DNA of 64,000 bases from Candidatus Aenigmatarchaeota archaeon (lineage in GTDB: Archaea > Aenigmatarchaeota > Aenigmatarchaeia > QMZS01): NCBI GenBank assembly GCA_016932615.1, contig JAFGCN010000018.1:3495-67494 (forward strand), in the 5' to 3' direction. Shown here piece after piece: positions 25,834 to 34,570 of this stretch (the first letter of the stretch is position 1; each line of letters opens with the position of its first letter). Position numbers and translations under genes: made by a program. The notes under the pieces are model-generated. The model was not told where the DNA came from. It did no database searches and saw only the letters and a program-made list of their open reading frames with translations.

Positions 25834-27453
25834 TTATTCCCCGACTCCAGCGTCAGACATGAGCTTCTTTACCAGAACCCCATAAAAATCTGACCCCTCG
25901 GTTGCAAGATATGGGGTTGCGATTCTGTCAGCAAAGTTGTGCTCATAGGGGCCGTGGCGGTACATAACAAACGGAAAGCCAAAAACATCGGAAACCTTTT
26001 TCCAGCCGTTCTTTACGGGCGAAAAGTTAAGATAATTTTTCAGCTTTTCCCTCGCGGCGCTTGCTTTCCCGGCGGCGCCTTCTTTGTTTTCCTGCTCCTT
26101 CCATTTCTTGACTATGGCTTCAAGCTCCTTGTCAGAGGCCTTTCCTTCAGCATTCGAATATCCGATGAGCTGGTCGATATAATCATCAAACTCCTTCTGT
26201 ATTGCCTTGAGCCGTATGAGAAGCACCATGAGCGTGTTCTGGCTGAAAAAATACATTTTCGGCGTAAAGGTGACGTCATCACATTCGCTGCCGTCCGGCA
26301 GCCGTATGATTGTCCTGTTATACTTGAGCCGGAGAAATGCATAGTAGAGGTCTGTCTTCTTGAATGAATCCGACTTCTTTAGCTCTTCTGCAGTTGAATT
26401 TGCCCATTCCTTAGTAATCCAGGGGTGAAGGCCCTTGAGCCCGATTCCATAGGTCTTGCCGCCGATTTTCACCTTTTCGGCAAGTACTATATTGTCTCTT
26501 ACAAAATCGTCAAAGGGGTCTATGCCAAAGCCATCGGACCTCGAAACTTCCATGCTGCCCGTCCTTGCGTACATTCCCATCATCGACTGCCAGCCCCATA
26601 CCTCAAAGTCATTGGAGGATATTGCCTGCGCGGGGGAATTAAATGTCCCAAAGGCCATTCCTAGTGCCCCGCCCCGCTCGCCTATGCTTTCCTTCAGCAT
26701 CTTGTGCCTCGTAACAACAGGCCGGAGCCACTCCCGGTACTCCTTTATTGTCATCTCCCTCGAGTTCTTGAGCGCAAGAATCCTGTGGCAGCGGTTTCTC
26801 ACCTCGCCTCCAAACATCTCCTTCCAGTTCAGGTAGAGCCGCTGCTTTGTCGAAAGTATCACCGCTTCAGCCCTTGAAACCCCAATCTCTTTTGAAATCT
26901 TATCAACATCAACGAGCCCTCTTGTCTCGGGCTTGTCGCCAAGCTTCAGGAAGTCTGAAACCATCGTGGGCCACCGTGCAATCATCGTCTTTATCGCATT
27001 GTTCCCTGTGCTGATGTCCACCTCATCCATGAAAGTTGCCCTGAGAGAGTGCTCGTCTCCTGTCTCAAGCATCTTCAAAAAGCCGGCGTATTTCCGGAAG
27101 TCGTGGGAAACAAGCTCAAAGTCAGCGACCGCCTGGGCAACAGATCCAAGCCCCTGCTTAATTTTTCCCTCCAGGTCCTCTTTCTGGCGGATAGTCAGGT
27201 TGTAATATCCCTGGTCAACCGGCGAAATGTCCAGAGTTTCATCGACCTTAACTTGCTTGTAGCCCTTATTGTCCAGAAAAGACATTAGCCCAATCCAGAT
27301 GCCGCTCCCTTTGCCTTTTGTAAGCGTGAAATTGAAAACCTCATCCTGCCCAAGCGGCGGAACTGCGACAAGCTTTCCTAAAAATGGCTTCTGGTAGGTC
27401 GCCATCTCTGGAAGCATCCTGAATAAGGCATCATTGTCTCCGACGACGCTCAT
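25834..27453 (-). CDS. large hypothetical protein (no recognisable domain)
   Basis: 539-aa uninterrupted ORF with protein-like composition. All overlapping antisense ORFs are short. I found no recognisable motif. Confidence 0.6.
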   Translation of the reverse strand: MSVVGDNDALFRMLPEMATYQKPFLGKLVAVPPLGQDEVFNFTLTKGKGSGIWIGLMSFLDNKGYKQVKVDETLDISPVDQGYYNLTIRQKEDLEGKIKQGLGSVAQAVADFELVSHDFRKYAGFLKMLETGDEHSLRATFMDEVDISTGNNAIKTMIARWPTMVSDFLKLGDKPETRGLVDVDKISKEIGVSRAEAVILSTKQRLYLNWKEMFGGEVRNRCHRILALKNSREMTIKEYREWLRPVVTRHKMLKESIGERGGALGMAFGTFNSPAQAISSNDFEVWGWQSMMGMYARTGSMEVSRSDGFGIDPFDDFVRDNIVLAEKVKIGGKTYGIGLKGLHPWITKEWANSTAEELKKSDSFKKTDLYYAFLRLKYNRTIIRLPDGSECDDVTFTPKMYFFSQNTLMVLLIRLKAIQKEFDDYIDQLIGYSNAEGKASDKELEAIVKKWKEQENKEGAAGKASAAREKLKNYLNFSPVKNGWKKVSDVFGFPFVMYRHGPYEHNFADRIATPYLATEGSDFYGVLVKKLMSDAGVGE

Positions 27454-27529
27454 AAATATACTTGAATTATATCACTAAAAAACTCTATAGGAAAGAATAT
27501 CCTCTCGCTCAGGCATAAATCACCAGTGG

Positions 27530-27892
27530 CTAAAACAAAAGCCAGTAGATCCCAAAAAAGGTAGAGAAAAGCCCCAGGAAGAATCCGAGCCAGAAAAAGC
27601 CCTCCGGCTGCCAGTCAGAGGAGGTCGGAAACTTGGTAAGCATGAAAAAGCCAAAGGCAAACAGGACAAATCCCACGAACTTTTTCAGTATCACCCAGAA
27701 TCCAAAAAAGTGTACCAGTATAAGCGCCGTAAGCGCAATCGCCCCTATCGCAAATATTACCAGCCCCCATGCCTGCTGGTGGCCATGCTTCGGGTGTCCC
27801 TTGTACCCTTCAGAGAAGAAAACCTTGCCAAGGACGTAGAAAGCAAGAGTCAGAAGAAGCGCAACAAGGATGCCTACAAGGTTCTCCCACAT
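27530..27892 (-). CDS. small integral membrane protein
   Basis: 120 aa with about 4 hydrophobic helices. Confidence 0.5.
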   Translation of the reverse strand: MWENLVGILVALLLTLAFYVLGKVFFSEGYKGHPKHGHQQAWGLVIFAIGAIALTALILVHFFGFWVILKKFVGFVLFAFGFFMLTKFPTSSDWQPEGFFWLGFFLGLFSTFFGIYWLLF

Positions 27893-27935
27893 AATTATCT
27901 AAGCTATTATATCCTTGTTTTAATTGAAACCGATT

Positions 27936-29474
27936 TTACTGGCACTCGGAAAGTTCCCTTAGCCGCTCGACAACCTTTTCCCGACCAAGTATCAGGACAA
28001 GGACTCCAAACCGGGGACCCCGGTCCTTGCCTATCAGGGTGCGGTATAGGAAAGTAAACATTTCTTTTGGCTTGAGGCCCGCGGACTTTATCGTCTCGTA
28101 AGTGACGTTCAAAATCTCTTCTTCCCCGTCAAGCCCGATTATGTTTTCGGCGATTTGCTTCAGGAGAAGCTTTTGCGGCTCGTCAAGAGAAACCGGCTCC
28201 TCAATAAGCGAAAGCTGCATGTCTTTAGGCGCGTAGTTTTCAAGCCAGAATCTCGCCTTGTCCATGCGAGAAAGTGCCCTGCCCAGGTCTGAGAAGTCTG
28301 CCTGGCTGTCTTTCTGCTTCAGGAGCGCTTCTGCCTGGTCCTGAAGCTTGTCTGGGGAGACTGTCTGGAGTAAGTTTACCAGCTCAGAAAACGAAATCCG
28401 CACAGGGCAGCGCTCGTAGTTTTCAAGCCGGCTAAGCTCGTACCTCCTCTTGGTTTCGTCTTCTGACTCTGCAAGGCCATAGTGCCCCTTTTCGGCGCAG
28501 TCAAAGGAGTCATAGATTGAATAAATATCCGTGTCAAAAGGCACGAAAACCGCCTTTTTGAGCCGCTGTGTGTACATGAACCGCACAACTTCCGGCTCGT
28601 AAATCTCAAGAAGCGTGGTGAGAGTTGCCACATTTCCCTTGGACTTGCTCATCTTCTCCTCCTGCCCCTTAAGGTAGATAAACTCGTACATTGTGCCGAC
28701 AGGCGGCTCGTAGCCAAAAACTTCCTTCGAGATGAGAGTGCCTGTGTCCCAGGAGCCGCCCGATGCCATGTGGTCTTTCCCTGCGCTCTCGAAATCAACT
28801 CCAAAATAAGCCCACCTAGAAGGCCAGTCCACCCTCCACTTGAGCTTTACAATTCCAACCTTCCTGAAGTCAATCTTGTTTGAAAACCCGCACTCGCAGG
28901 AATATTCTATTTCATATCCTCCGGGGTATTTTACCTTAGTGTTGTCTTTTCCGCACTTTTCGCAGTAAACGGTGACTGGGAGCCATTCAGGCGTCAGGAC
29001 TTCAGCCCTTGCGGCATTAAGAACCTTCTTTATCTCCTCGGTCTTTTCAAGCGCAGTCTTTATGTTCTCGGCAAACTTGCACTTTCCATAAAGCTCCGCT
29101 GCAGAAATAAACTCTGTCTCGACTCCGATTAGTTTTAGCTCCTTTACAAGGCCCTCCTTGTAGTGGTCAGCGTACGTCTTGTGGCAGCCAAAAGGGTCAG
29201 GAACCCTTGAGACAGGAAGGCCCAGATGCGCCCCAAAGCTTTCAGGCACGCCGCTTGGAACCTTTCTAAACCTGTCAAAATCATCCCACACATACTGGAA
29301 AGTGGACTTTCTTCCAAGGTCCAAAAGCGCCCTATGCACAAAATACTGAGTCATTATCTCCCTTGCATTTCCTATGTGAACTATCCCTGAGGGAGTAATC
29401 CCGCTCTCTACGACAAAACGGTCTTTCTGGCGGGTTTCGGTTATTTCCTTTGCAAAACTGTCTGCCCAGTGCAT
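27936..29474 (-). CDS. lysK: lysine--tRNA ligase, class I
   Basis: ITPSGIVHIGNAREI (HIGH-type) and EKMSKSKGN (KMSKS). The architecture is archaeal class I LysRS. The start is trimmed to MHWADSF (29474). Confidence 0.9.
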   Translation of the reverse strand: MHWADSFAKEITETRQKDRFVVESGITPSGIVHIGNAREIMTQYFVHRALLDLGRKSTFQYVWDDFDRFRKVPSGVPESFGAHLGLPVSRVPDPFGCHKTYADHYKEGLVKELKLIGVETEFISAAELYGKCKFAENIKTALEKTEEIKKVLNAARAEVLTPEWLPVTVYCEKCGKDNTKVKYPGGYEIEYSCECGFSNKIDFRKVGIVKLKWRVDWPSRWAYFGVDFESAGKDHMASGGSWDTGTLISKEVFGYEPPVGTMYEFIYLKGQEEKMSKSKGNVATLTTLLEIYEPEVVRFMYTQRLKKAVFVPFDTDIYSIYDSFDCAEKGHYGLAESEDETKRRYELSRLENYERCPVRISFSELVNLLQTVSPDKLQDQAEALLKQKDSQADFSDLGRALSRMDKARFWLENYAPKDMQLSLIEEPVSLDEPQKLLLKQIAENIIGLDGEEEILNVTYETIKSAGLKPKEMFTFLYRTLIGKDRGPRFGVLVLILGREKVVERLRELSECQ

Positions 29475-29553
29475 AATTAAACAGCTTTTGAAAAATAAAG
29501 CCAAGTTGCCTTCACAGCTTAAGTATAAATACTCCTGAAATGTAGTAACTGTT

Positions 29554-29982
29554 ATGGGAAAAAGCAAAGGCAGTTATTGGGTGGAAGTTGGACACCGATT
29601 CGACAGAGAGCCGGAATCTGTCCGCAAAATATCCTCTGCAAAAGGTCCCCTACAACTGAATCTTTATCAGATACCCCCCTCCTTGAAGGAGGCAAACAAA
29701 ATACTCCGGGGGGAAAATGGCAGAGGGGCAGGGACCCATTTGGGGACAAGATACCGAATAGAGTGGACAGGAAATGGTCCCGCGTCTGCTGTGCATGGAT
29801 ATATCCTTGACGGTAGCGGCGAACCTTATCCCGCAATAGAGTTAACTCTCCCAAAAACAACCCTTGGACCCAACAATCTTGCCACCGTCGGGCGGGCGCT
29901 TTTTGATATGGATGGGCGGTTGAGAGACCATATTGAACAGACACAAGTTTACAGAGGAAATAAACTACCCTCTGCCTTTTAA
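29554..29982 (+). CDS. hypothetical protein
   Basis: 142 aa. Its composition is more protein-like than that of the antisense ORF. An A/T-rich box (aagtataaatac) lies about 30 nt upstream. Confidence 0.4.
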   Translation: MGKSKGSYWVEVGHRFDREPESVRKISSAKGPLQLNLYQIPPSLKEANKILRGENGRGAGTHLGTRYRIEWTGNGPASAVHGYILDGSGEPYPAIELTLPKTTLGPNNLATVGRALFDMDGRLRDHIEQTQVYRGNKLPSAF

Positions 29983-30000
29983 GAAATCATCTATTTTTAT

Positions 30001-30374
30001 GGGCCCGTAGCTCAGTCCGTATCCCTTTCTTTCCAAAAGAAAGGTCTAAGGGTCACCCCAAAGAAAGGGTTTCCCTTGGCTAATTTGGTCAGGAGAATAG
30101 GATACGGGAGCAATTTGGATAGAGCGCTTGGCTTCGGTTGAGCCCTTTTCTCGCGAGAAAAGGTTTCAATCCCAAAAGAGGCATATTCCTGCTTCGCAGA
30201 AAGAATGCCTCAGGGGAAGGACTTGTTCAGCCAAAATGCCTGCATTCGTCCAGAAGTATCAGAAGGTACCAGGAGGTCGGGGGTTCAAAGTCAGGCTTTC
30301 TTTCTAAAGAAAGAACGCCCGACACCTCTAAGAAAGAACTCTTCTTGGAGAAGATGAAAATCCTCCCGGGCTCA
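30001..30374 (+). tRNA. tRNA-Arg(TCG) interrupted by three introns
   Basis: Exons are approximately 30001-30016 GGGCCCGTAGCTCAGT, 30115-30137 TTGGATAGAGCGCTTGGCTTCGG, 30268-30289 ACCAGGAGGTCGGGGGTTCAAA and 30361-30374 TCCTCCCGGGCTCA. Joined, they give a 75-77 nt cloverleaf. The acceptor GGGCCCG/CGGGCTC has one G-U, the anticodon stem is CTTGG/CCAGG, the T arm is GGGGG-TTCAAAT-CCTCC, and the anticodon TCG is at 30134-30136. Confidence 0.85.
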
Positions 30375-30381
30375 TTTTTTT
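30375..30381 (+). terminator. oligo-T tract directly after the tRNA-Arg 3' end
   Basis: ttttttt immediately follows the discriminator A. Archaeal RNAP terminates on T-runs. Confidence 0.4.
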
Positions 30382-30435
30382 AAAAAATTTGACATATGCC
30401 AGATTCCTTCAGAACGACAATTTGAGAGTGGGTTT

Positions 30436-30495
30436 TTCTTTGGGGTTGTCAGCCCTTTCTTTTTAGTGAAACTCCCGGAAAAGAAAGGTATGACC
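30436..30495 (-). repeat. solo copy of the tRNA-intron hairpin element (subfamily 1)
   Basis: ttctttggggttgtcagccctttcttt..(loop insertion)..aaagaaaggtatga is the reverse complement of the TCATCC-CTTTCTT-loop-AAGAAAGG-TCTGACAACCCCAAAGAA consensus. No tRNA exons surround it. Confidence 0.7.
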
Positions 30496-30556
30496 CCGGG
30501 CTTATATTTTAAAAACTGCAACCGAGGAAAACACACAAAAATACCCCTTAAGCAGT

Positions 30557-30606
30557 TTTCTTCTGGGGTTGTTAGACCTTTTCTTTTTCTAAAGAAAGGG
30601 GCTGAC
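30557..30606 (-). repeat. second solo copy of the tRNA-intron hairpin element (subfamily 1)
   Basis: ttcttctggggttgttagaccttttctttttctaaagaaaggggctgac has the same block order as the 30436-30495 copy. Confidence 0.65.
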
Positions 30607-30633
30607 TTTTAAGCTTTTAATCCTGAATTATCT

Positions 30634-30927
30634 ATGAAAAAGGAGGCAAAGGACCAATCAACCGAGGAAAAGGTCGCCCAATTGATGAAAAATTATGAAG
30701 CTTATGCTGACGAGGAGGGAATCCGGCTCAACCCAAACAAGGTAATCGTCGAGGCGGTAATCCGGCGGCTCGTCCATAACGAAAATATTTACGGCTGCGC
30801 CTATTGCCCCTGCCGGAAAGTCACCGGAAAAAAGGCGGAAGACAAGAAAATTATCTGCCCCTGCATATTTCACAGGGACGAAATCCGGGAAAAAGGCCAT
30901 TGCCACTGCATGCTGTTTGTAAGGTGA
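30634..30927 (+). CDS. ferredoxin-thioredoxin reductase catalytic-subunit-like protein
   Basis: CAYCPCR...IICPCIFH...GHCHCMLF is the CPC-x-CPC-x-CHC cysteine pattern of FTR catalytic chains. Confidence 0.7.
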   Translation: MKKEAKDQSTEEKVAQLMKNYEAYADEEGIRLNPNKVIVEAVIRRLVHNENIYGCAYCPCRKVTGKKAEDKKIICPCIFHRDEIREKGHCHCMLFVR

Positions 30928-30954
30928 TTTAAAAACATTTTTGCAGATTAAGGT

Positions 30955-32157
30955 ATGGCTTACCAACCGCCCCAAAAAATTCTAGACAAATACGCTGATT
31001 TATTGGTAAATTTTGCGCTGGGTGGAGGAAAAGGTGTAAAGCCGGGGGAAGTAGTATTCCTTCAGGTGCCTGAATGCGCTAAGCCCATGCTTGCCCCACT
31101 TCAGAGGGCGGTCCTCAAGGCAAAAGCGCATGCGATAATCCAGTACCTGCCTGAAGGCATTTCGAGGGATTTTTTTGAGATAGGAAGCGAAAAGCAGTTC
31201 ACATATTTCCCAAAAAAATTTATGAAGTCGCGAGTCGATACAATAGACCACAACATAAGCATTATTTCTGAAACAAATCCGCATGAGCTTGAGGGAATAA
31301 ACCCGAAAAAGATAATGGCCCGGCAGAATGCCTGGAAACCGTACCTGGACTGGATTAACGAAAAGGAAAACAAAAAGAAATTCACCTGGACTCTTGCACT
31401 CTATGGTACAGAAGGCATGGCAAAGGAGGCTAAAATGACCCTTAAGGAGTATTGGGCGGAGATCATAAAAGCATGCTACCTTGACAATCCAAATCCAATA
31501 AAGAAATGGAAGGAAATCTCGGCAGAGGTCAACAGAATAAAAAGCAAGCTGGATAAGCTCAAGATAAAAAAAGTCAGAGTCGAGGCCAGAGGAACAGACC
31601 TGACCATTGGAATCGGAAAAAAGCGCAAGTGGTGTGGCTGCGAAGGAAGAAACATTCCAAGCTTCGAGATCTATACAAGCCCCGACTGCAGAGACATAAA
31701 CGGACACATATCCTTCAATGTTCCGCTTTACAGATTTGGAAATCTCATTAAAGATATCCAGCTCGACATTGAACACGGGAAAATCGTAAGGGCAAAAGCA
31801 AAGCAAGGAGAAAAATTCCTGAAAGAAATGATAAAAACGCCTGGAGGAGACCACATCGGAGAGTTTTCCATGACTGACAAGAGACTTTCAAGAATCACAA
31901 AATATATGGCAACCACCCTATTTGACGAAAATGTTGGAGGAAAATTTGGGAATTCTCACTTAGCTCTTGGAAAATCCCTATGGAACACCTATGACGGCGA
32001 CCTGTCAAAAACCTCTAAAGGTGCGCTAATGAAGCTTGGCTTCAATGATTCCCCAATTCACGTAGACATCTTCAACACAGAAAACAGAAAAGTCACCGCA
32101 ACGCTCGAAGGTGGAAAAGAAGTCGTAATTTACAAAGACGGAAAATTCCAAGTCTGA
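30955..32157 (+). CDS. M29-family (AmpS/PepS-like) aminopeptidase
   Basis: 400 aa. The N-terminus KYADLLVNFALGGGKGVKPGEVVFL and the overall length are typical of M29 aminopeptidases. Confidence 0.6.
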   Translation: MAYQPPQKILDKYADLLVNFALGGGKGVKPGEVVFLQVPECAKPMLAPLQRAVLKAKAHAIIQYLPEGISRDFFEIGSEKQFTYFPKKFMKSRVDTIDHNISIISETNPHELEGINPKKIMARQNAWKPYLDWINEKENKKKFTWTLALYGTEGMAKEAKMTLKEYWAEIIKACYLDNPNPIKKWKEISAEVNRIKSKLDKLKIKKVRVEARGTDLTIGIGKKRKWCGCEGRNIPSFEIYTSPDCRDINGHISFNVPLYRFGNLIKDIQLDIEHGKIVRAKAKQGEKFLKEMIKTPGGDHIGEFSMTDKRLSRITKYMATTLFDENVGGKFGNSHLALGKSLWNTYDGDLSKTSKGALMKLGFNDSPIHVDIFNTENRKVTATLEGGKEVVIYKDGKFQV

Positions 32158-32193
32158 CCCTTGTATAAAACTCGCCGACGAGTTTATTGATTC

Positions 32194-32817
32194 TTATTTG
32201 TATAGGGTTTCTGCCCAGGCCTTCGCAAGCTCTTTACTTCCCATTTGAAAAGGGTAGTTAAGCCCTTCAAGCTCTTTTATCAATGCCTGCATCCCGTGAG
32301 GCCGGACAGGCATCAGCATTGTTTCAAGTTCCTCTGGCTCTTTCATGCGCTTCATCACGAGATAGTGCAGGTAAAATTCTGCAAATTCCTTTTTGGAAAG
32401 GGGCGTTGAGGAGTAAACCTTCGAGGCAATAAGCTCGACAAAAAACTGCTTCATAATCTTGAGGTACCCGTGCTTTGCCGCCCGAAGGTCAGCAAAAAAA
32501 TCCTGAACCTGCGGCACCAGGCGCGGGCAGTCTATCCTTTCCTGGATTTCCTTATTCACGCCTTCCTTTTCGTTCAGCAAAAGAAAGATAAACCGCACAA
32601 AGTAGCCCCGGAAAAGCTGGCGGTTTTTCACCTTTTCGTTTTCTGGGTTTACGAAAATCTCCATGTCCTTTCCGGTGTCTCCTTTCAGGAACTCGACCTT
32701 GCAGCTTTGGGTTATAATTATTCTCTCGAATCTTAGCGGGTAATCTAATTTTGTAATAAGGTCGGCAATCTCTTGCTTAAGAGACTCGTCGTCCATCTCA
32801 AAAACAAGATGGGTCAT
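32194..32817 (-). CDS. hypothetical protein
   Basis: 207-aa ORF with no recognised motif. Confidence 0.45.
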   Translation of the reverse strand: MTHLVFEMDDESLKQEIADLITKLDYPLRFERIIITQSCKVEFLKGDTGKDMEIFVNPENEKVKNRQLFRGYFVRFIFLLLNEKEGVNKEIQERIDCPRLVPQVQDFFADLRAAKHGYLKIMKQFFVELIASKVYSSTPLSKKEFAEFYLHYLVMKRMKEPEELETMLMPVRPHGMQALIKELEGLNYPFQMGSKELAKAWAETLYK

Positions 32818-32862
32818 AATATTCTTCTTCTGGTAATCTTAAGTGTTTAATCGCTCGTGTAG

Positions 32863-33729
32863 CTACTCCCGCCTGCAAAAAATATAGCTTAGGAAAGCAT
32901 ATACCAGCTTTGCTGCCAGGAAATCGGGCGCCTTGTTCTGAGGATTTGGCGAAAGCTCAACAAGGTCAAACCCCACAATTTCTTTTTCCTCGGCGAGCCG
33001 CTTTAAGAACTTAAGAACTTGGTACCACTGGAGCCCGCCCGGCTCGGGAGAGCCCGTCGAAGGCATGATTCCTGTGTCAAAAACGTCCAAATCAATTGTC
33101 ACATAGACCTTCTGCCCTGCGGACCTGACTGCCTCTTCAATCCAGCTCTCAGTATTCCAGAGGTCTTTGGCGTAGAAGATTTTTCCGGTTTCCGTTTTTT
33201 CGAGTTCCGTGTCATCCATGCTCCGGATTCCAACCTGAACAATATCTGCAACTTCCCTTGCCCTTGCCATCACGCTGGCGTGGCTTAAGGGATCTTCATT
33301 GTATTCGTCCCTCAGGTCCGTGTGGGCGTCAAGCTGGACAACCGTCAGGACGCCCTGTTTTGCGTGAGCCCTTATCGCGCCGATGCTCACGGTGTGCTCG
33401 CCTCCAAGAATCACAGTAAACTTGCCCTTTGAAGAAAGCCGCGCCACTTCAGCTTCAACTGTTTCCACAAGCTCTTTTGAACTATCCGCACCAATCGGCT
33501 CGGCTGTATAAATTCCCTTTTCACAAACTGAAAAATCCGTCTCGATGTCGTAAAGCTCCATGTACTGGGAGGCCTTGATTATCGCCTCAGGACCTTTTTC
33601 AGAGCCCTCTGTCCAGCCCCGAAGCCAAAAGCTGGTCTTATCAAACGGAACGGGAAGAATTACAATCTTGGCTTTTTCCAGCTCAGAATATTCTCCGGTA
33701 AGCCCTGCAAAGTTGAGTTTTTCTTCCAT
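32863..33729 (-). CDS. speB: agmatinase (arginase/ureohydrolase family)
   Basis: ILGGEHTVSIGA, QLDAHTDLRDEY and YVTIDLDVFD are the Mn-binding ureohydrolase motifs. Confidence 0.85.
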   Translation of the reverse strand: MEEKLNFAGLTGEYSELEKAKIVILPVPFDKTSFWLRGWTEGSEKGPEAIIKASQYMELYDIETDFSVCEKGIYTAEPIGADSSKELVETVEAEVARLSSKGKFTVILGGEHTVSIGAIRAHAKQGVLTVVQLDAHTDLRDEYNEDPLSHASVMARAREVADIVQVGIRSMDDTELEKTETGKIFYAKDLWNTESWIEEAVRSAGQKVYVTIDLDVFDTGIMPSTGSPEPGGLQWYQVLKFLKRLAEEKEIVGFDLVELSPNPQNKAPDFLAAKLVYAFLSYIFCRRE

Positions 33730-33797
33730 AATAATAGCGCCTAGGAAAGCTCAAAAAAAGAGTAAAACTCAATGAGGATGCAGTAAGCACAGTACTG

Positions 33798-34208
33798 CTA
33801 GAACTGAATTTTTCTGGCAGTACCTAGAACCAAGTCTCTCATTGGACATATCTGACAATCCGAATTTTCAGATAGATACTTTATTTGTTTATCCCTAATC
33901 TCCATAACATCTCCTGTTTCCAAGGGCAAAACTCCCGTGTGTTTTAATTGATTAAACAGATTGTACGTTGCTCCACAGGAATCGCAAATATCCCCCCTCC
34001 ATTTGAGGTAACTAACTTCGGCAATCTCTTTAGCAAAACTTGCGGTATCTAATCCGCCTAATCCTGAAGCATCACACCACCTCTCATAGGTATCACCGGG
34101 AAGTAATTTTAGATTAAGCGCCTGCCGCTCCAGAATTCTTTCTGGGGTCTTCTTGCCCGGCCTTCCGCACATCACAGGTTCGCCATCGCCAGAATATTCA
34201 AAAACCAT
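33798..34208 (-). CDS. hypothetical Cys-containing protein
   Basis: 136 aa. The pairs DICDSCG and DCQICP suggest a Zn site. Family unknown. Confidence 0.4.
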   Translation of the reverse strand: MVFEYSGDGEPVMCGRPGKKTPERILERQALNLKLLPGDTYERWCDASGLGGLDTASFAKEIAEVSYLKWRGDICDSCGATYNLFNQLKHTGVLPLETGDVMEIRDKQIKYLSENSDCQICPMRDLVLGTARKIQF

Positions 34209-34225
34209 AATCGCACCTCAAAAAC

Positions 34226-34492
34226 CTAAATTACGCCAAGCTTAACGGCAATATCTCCTGCAGGGCTTTCTGGCTTCAATTTAACGATTGCCTTCTTGCT
34301 CCCTGTCCGGTCAATAAGCGTGTTAACCTTTTCCACTTTGACCTTGAATTCCTCTTCAAAGGCCTGCTTTACCACCATCCGGGGCGTTTTAAGGACTTTC
34401 AGCTTGAAAATCAGCTTGTTTTCGCTCTCTATGAGCCGAACCGCCTTTTCGCTCGTAACCGGATGCTCCACTAGCTCCCAAAATGATACCAT
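34226..34492 (-). CDS. rpl23: 50S ribosomal protein L23 (uL23)
   Basis: 88 aa. HPVTSEKAVRLIESENKLIFKL...KVEKVNTL...KKAIVKL is a typical uL23. Confidence 0.85.
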   Translation of the reverse strand: MVSFWELVEHPVTSEKAVRLIESENKLIFKLKVLKTPRMVVKQAFEEEFKVKVEKVNTLIDRTGSKKAIVKLKPESPAGDIAVKLGVI

Positions 34493-34570
34493 AAGATAAA
34501 TAGCAAAAGATTAAAAGGGTCTAAAAGGCAAAAAATTCGCCCCTCTTGTATATTATAGCAGATATGTATT

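Noticed and set aside
29552-29944. 130-aa minus-strand ORF opposite 29554-29982.
   Set aside because: It is Cys/Arg/Leu/Pro-rich and would have to be transcribed through the lysK promoter region. The + strand ORF is preferred, but only with modest confidence.
30290-30360. C/D-box sRNA embedded in tRNA introns, as in the tRNA-Trp introns of some archaea. Fragments such as gatga (30352) and ctga (in tctgacaacccc) are present.
   Set aside because: The GATGA-like and CTGA-like fragments are not found together in the right order, strand and spacing. In the element consensus, the box C-like sequence is on the opposite strand from the CUGA. No guide region could be defined.
30138-30383. Track ORF of 81 aa on the + strand inside the tRNA-Arg locus. 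The same applies to ORFs 40153-40341, 40164-40415, 40348-40824 and 40362-40556 over tRNA-Leu(TAG), and 45369-45758 and 45416-45601 over tRNA-Leu(CAA).
   Set aside because: These ORFs run through tRNA exons and hairpin-rich introns. Their translations are low-complexity or Arg/Lys/Phe-biased. The tRNA cloverleaves explain the sequence better.
30020-30606. Could the repeated CTTTCTT...AAGAAAG hairpins be a degenerate CRISPR array?
   Set aside because: The copies are not regularly spaced. They differ in length and orientation, are interleaved with tRNA exons, and no cas genes are present.
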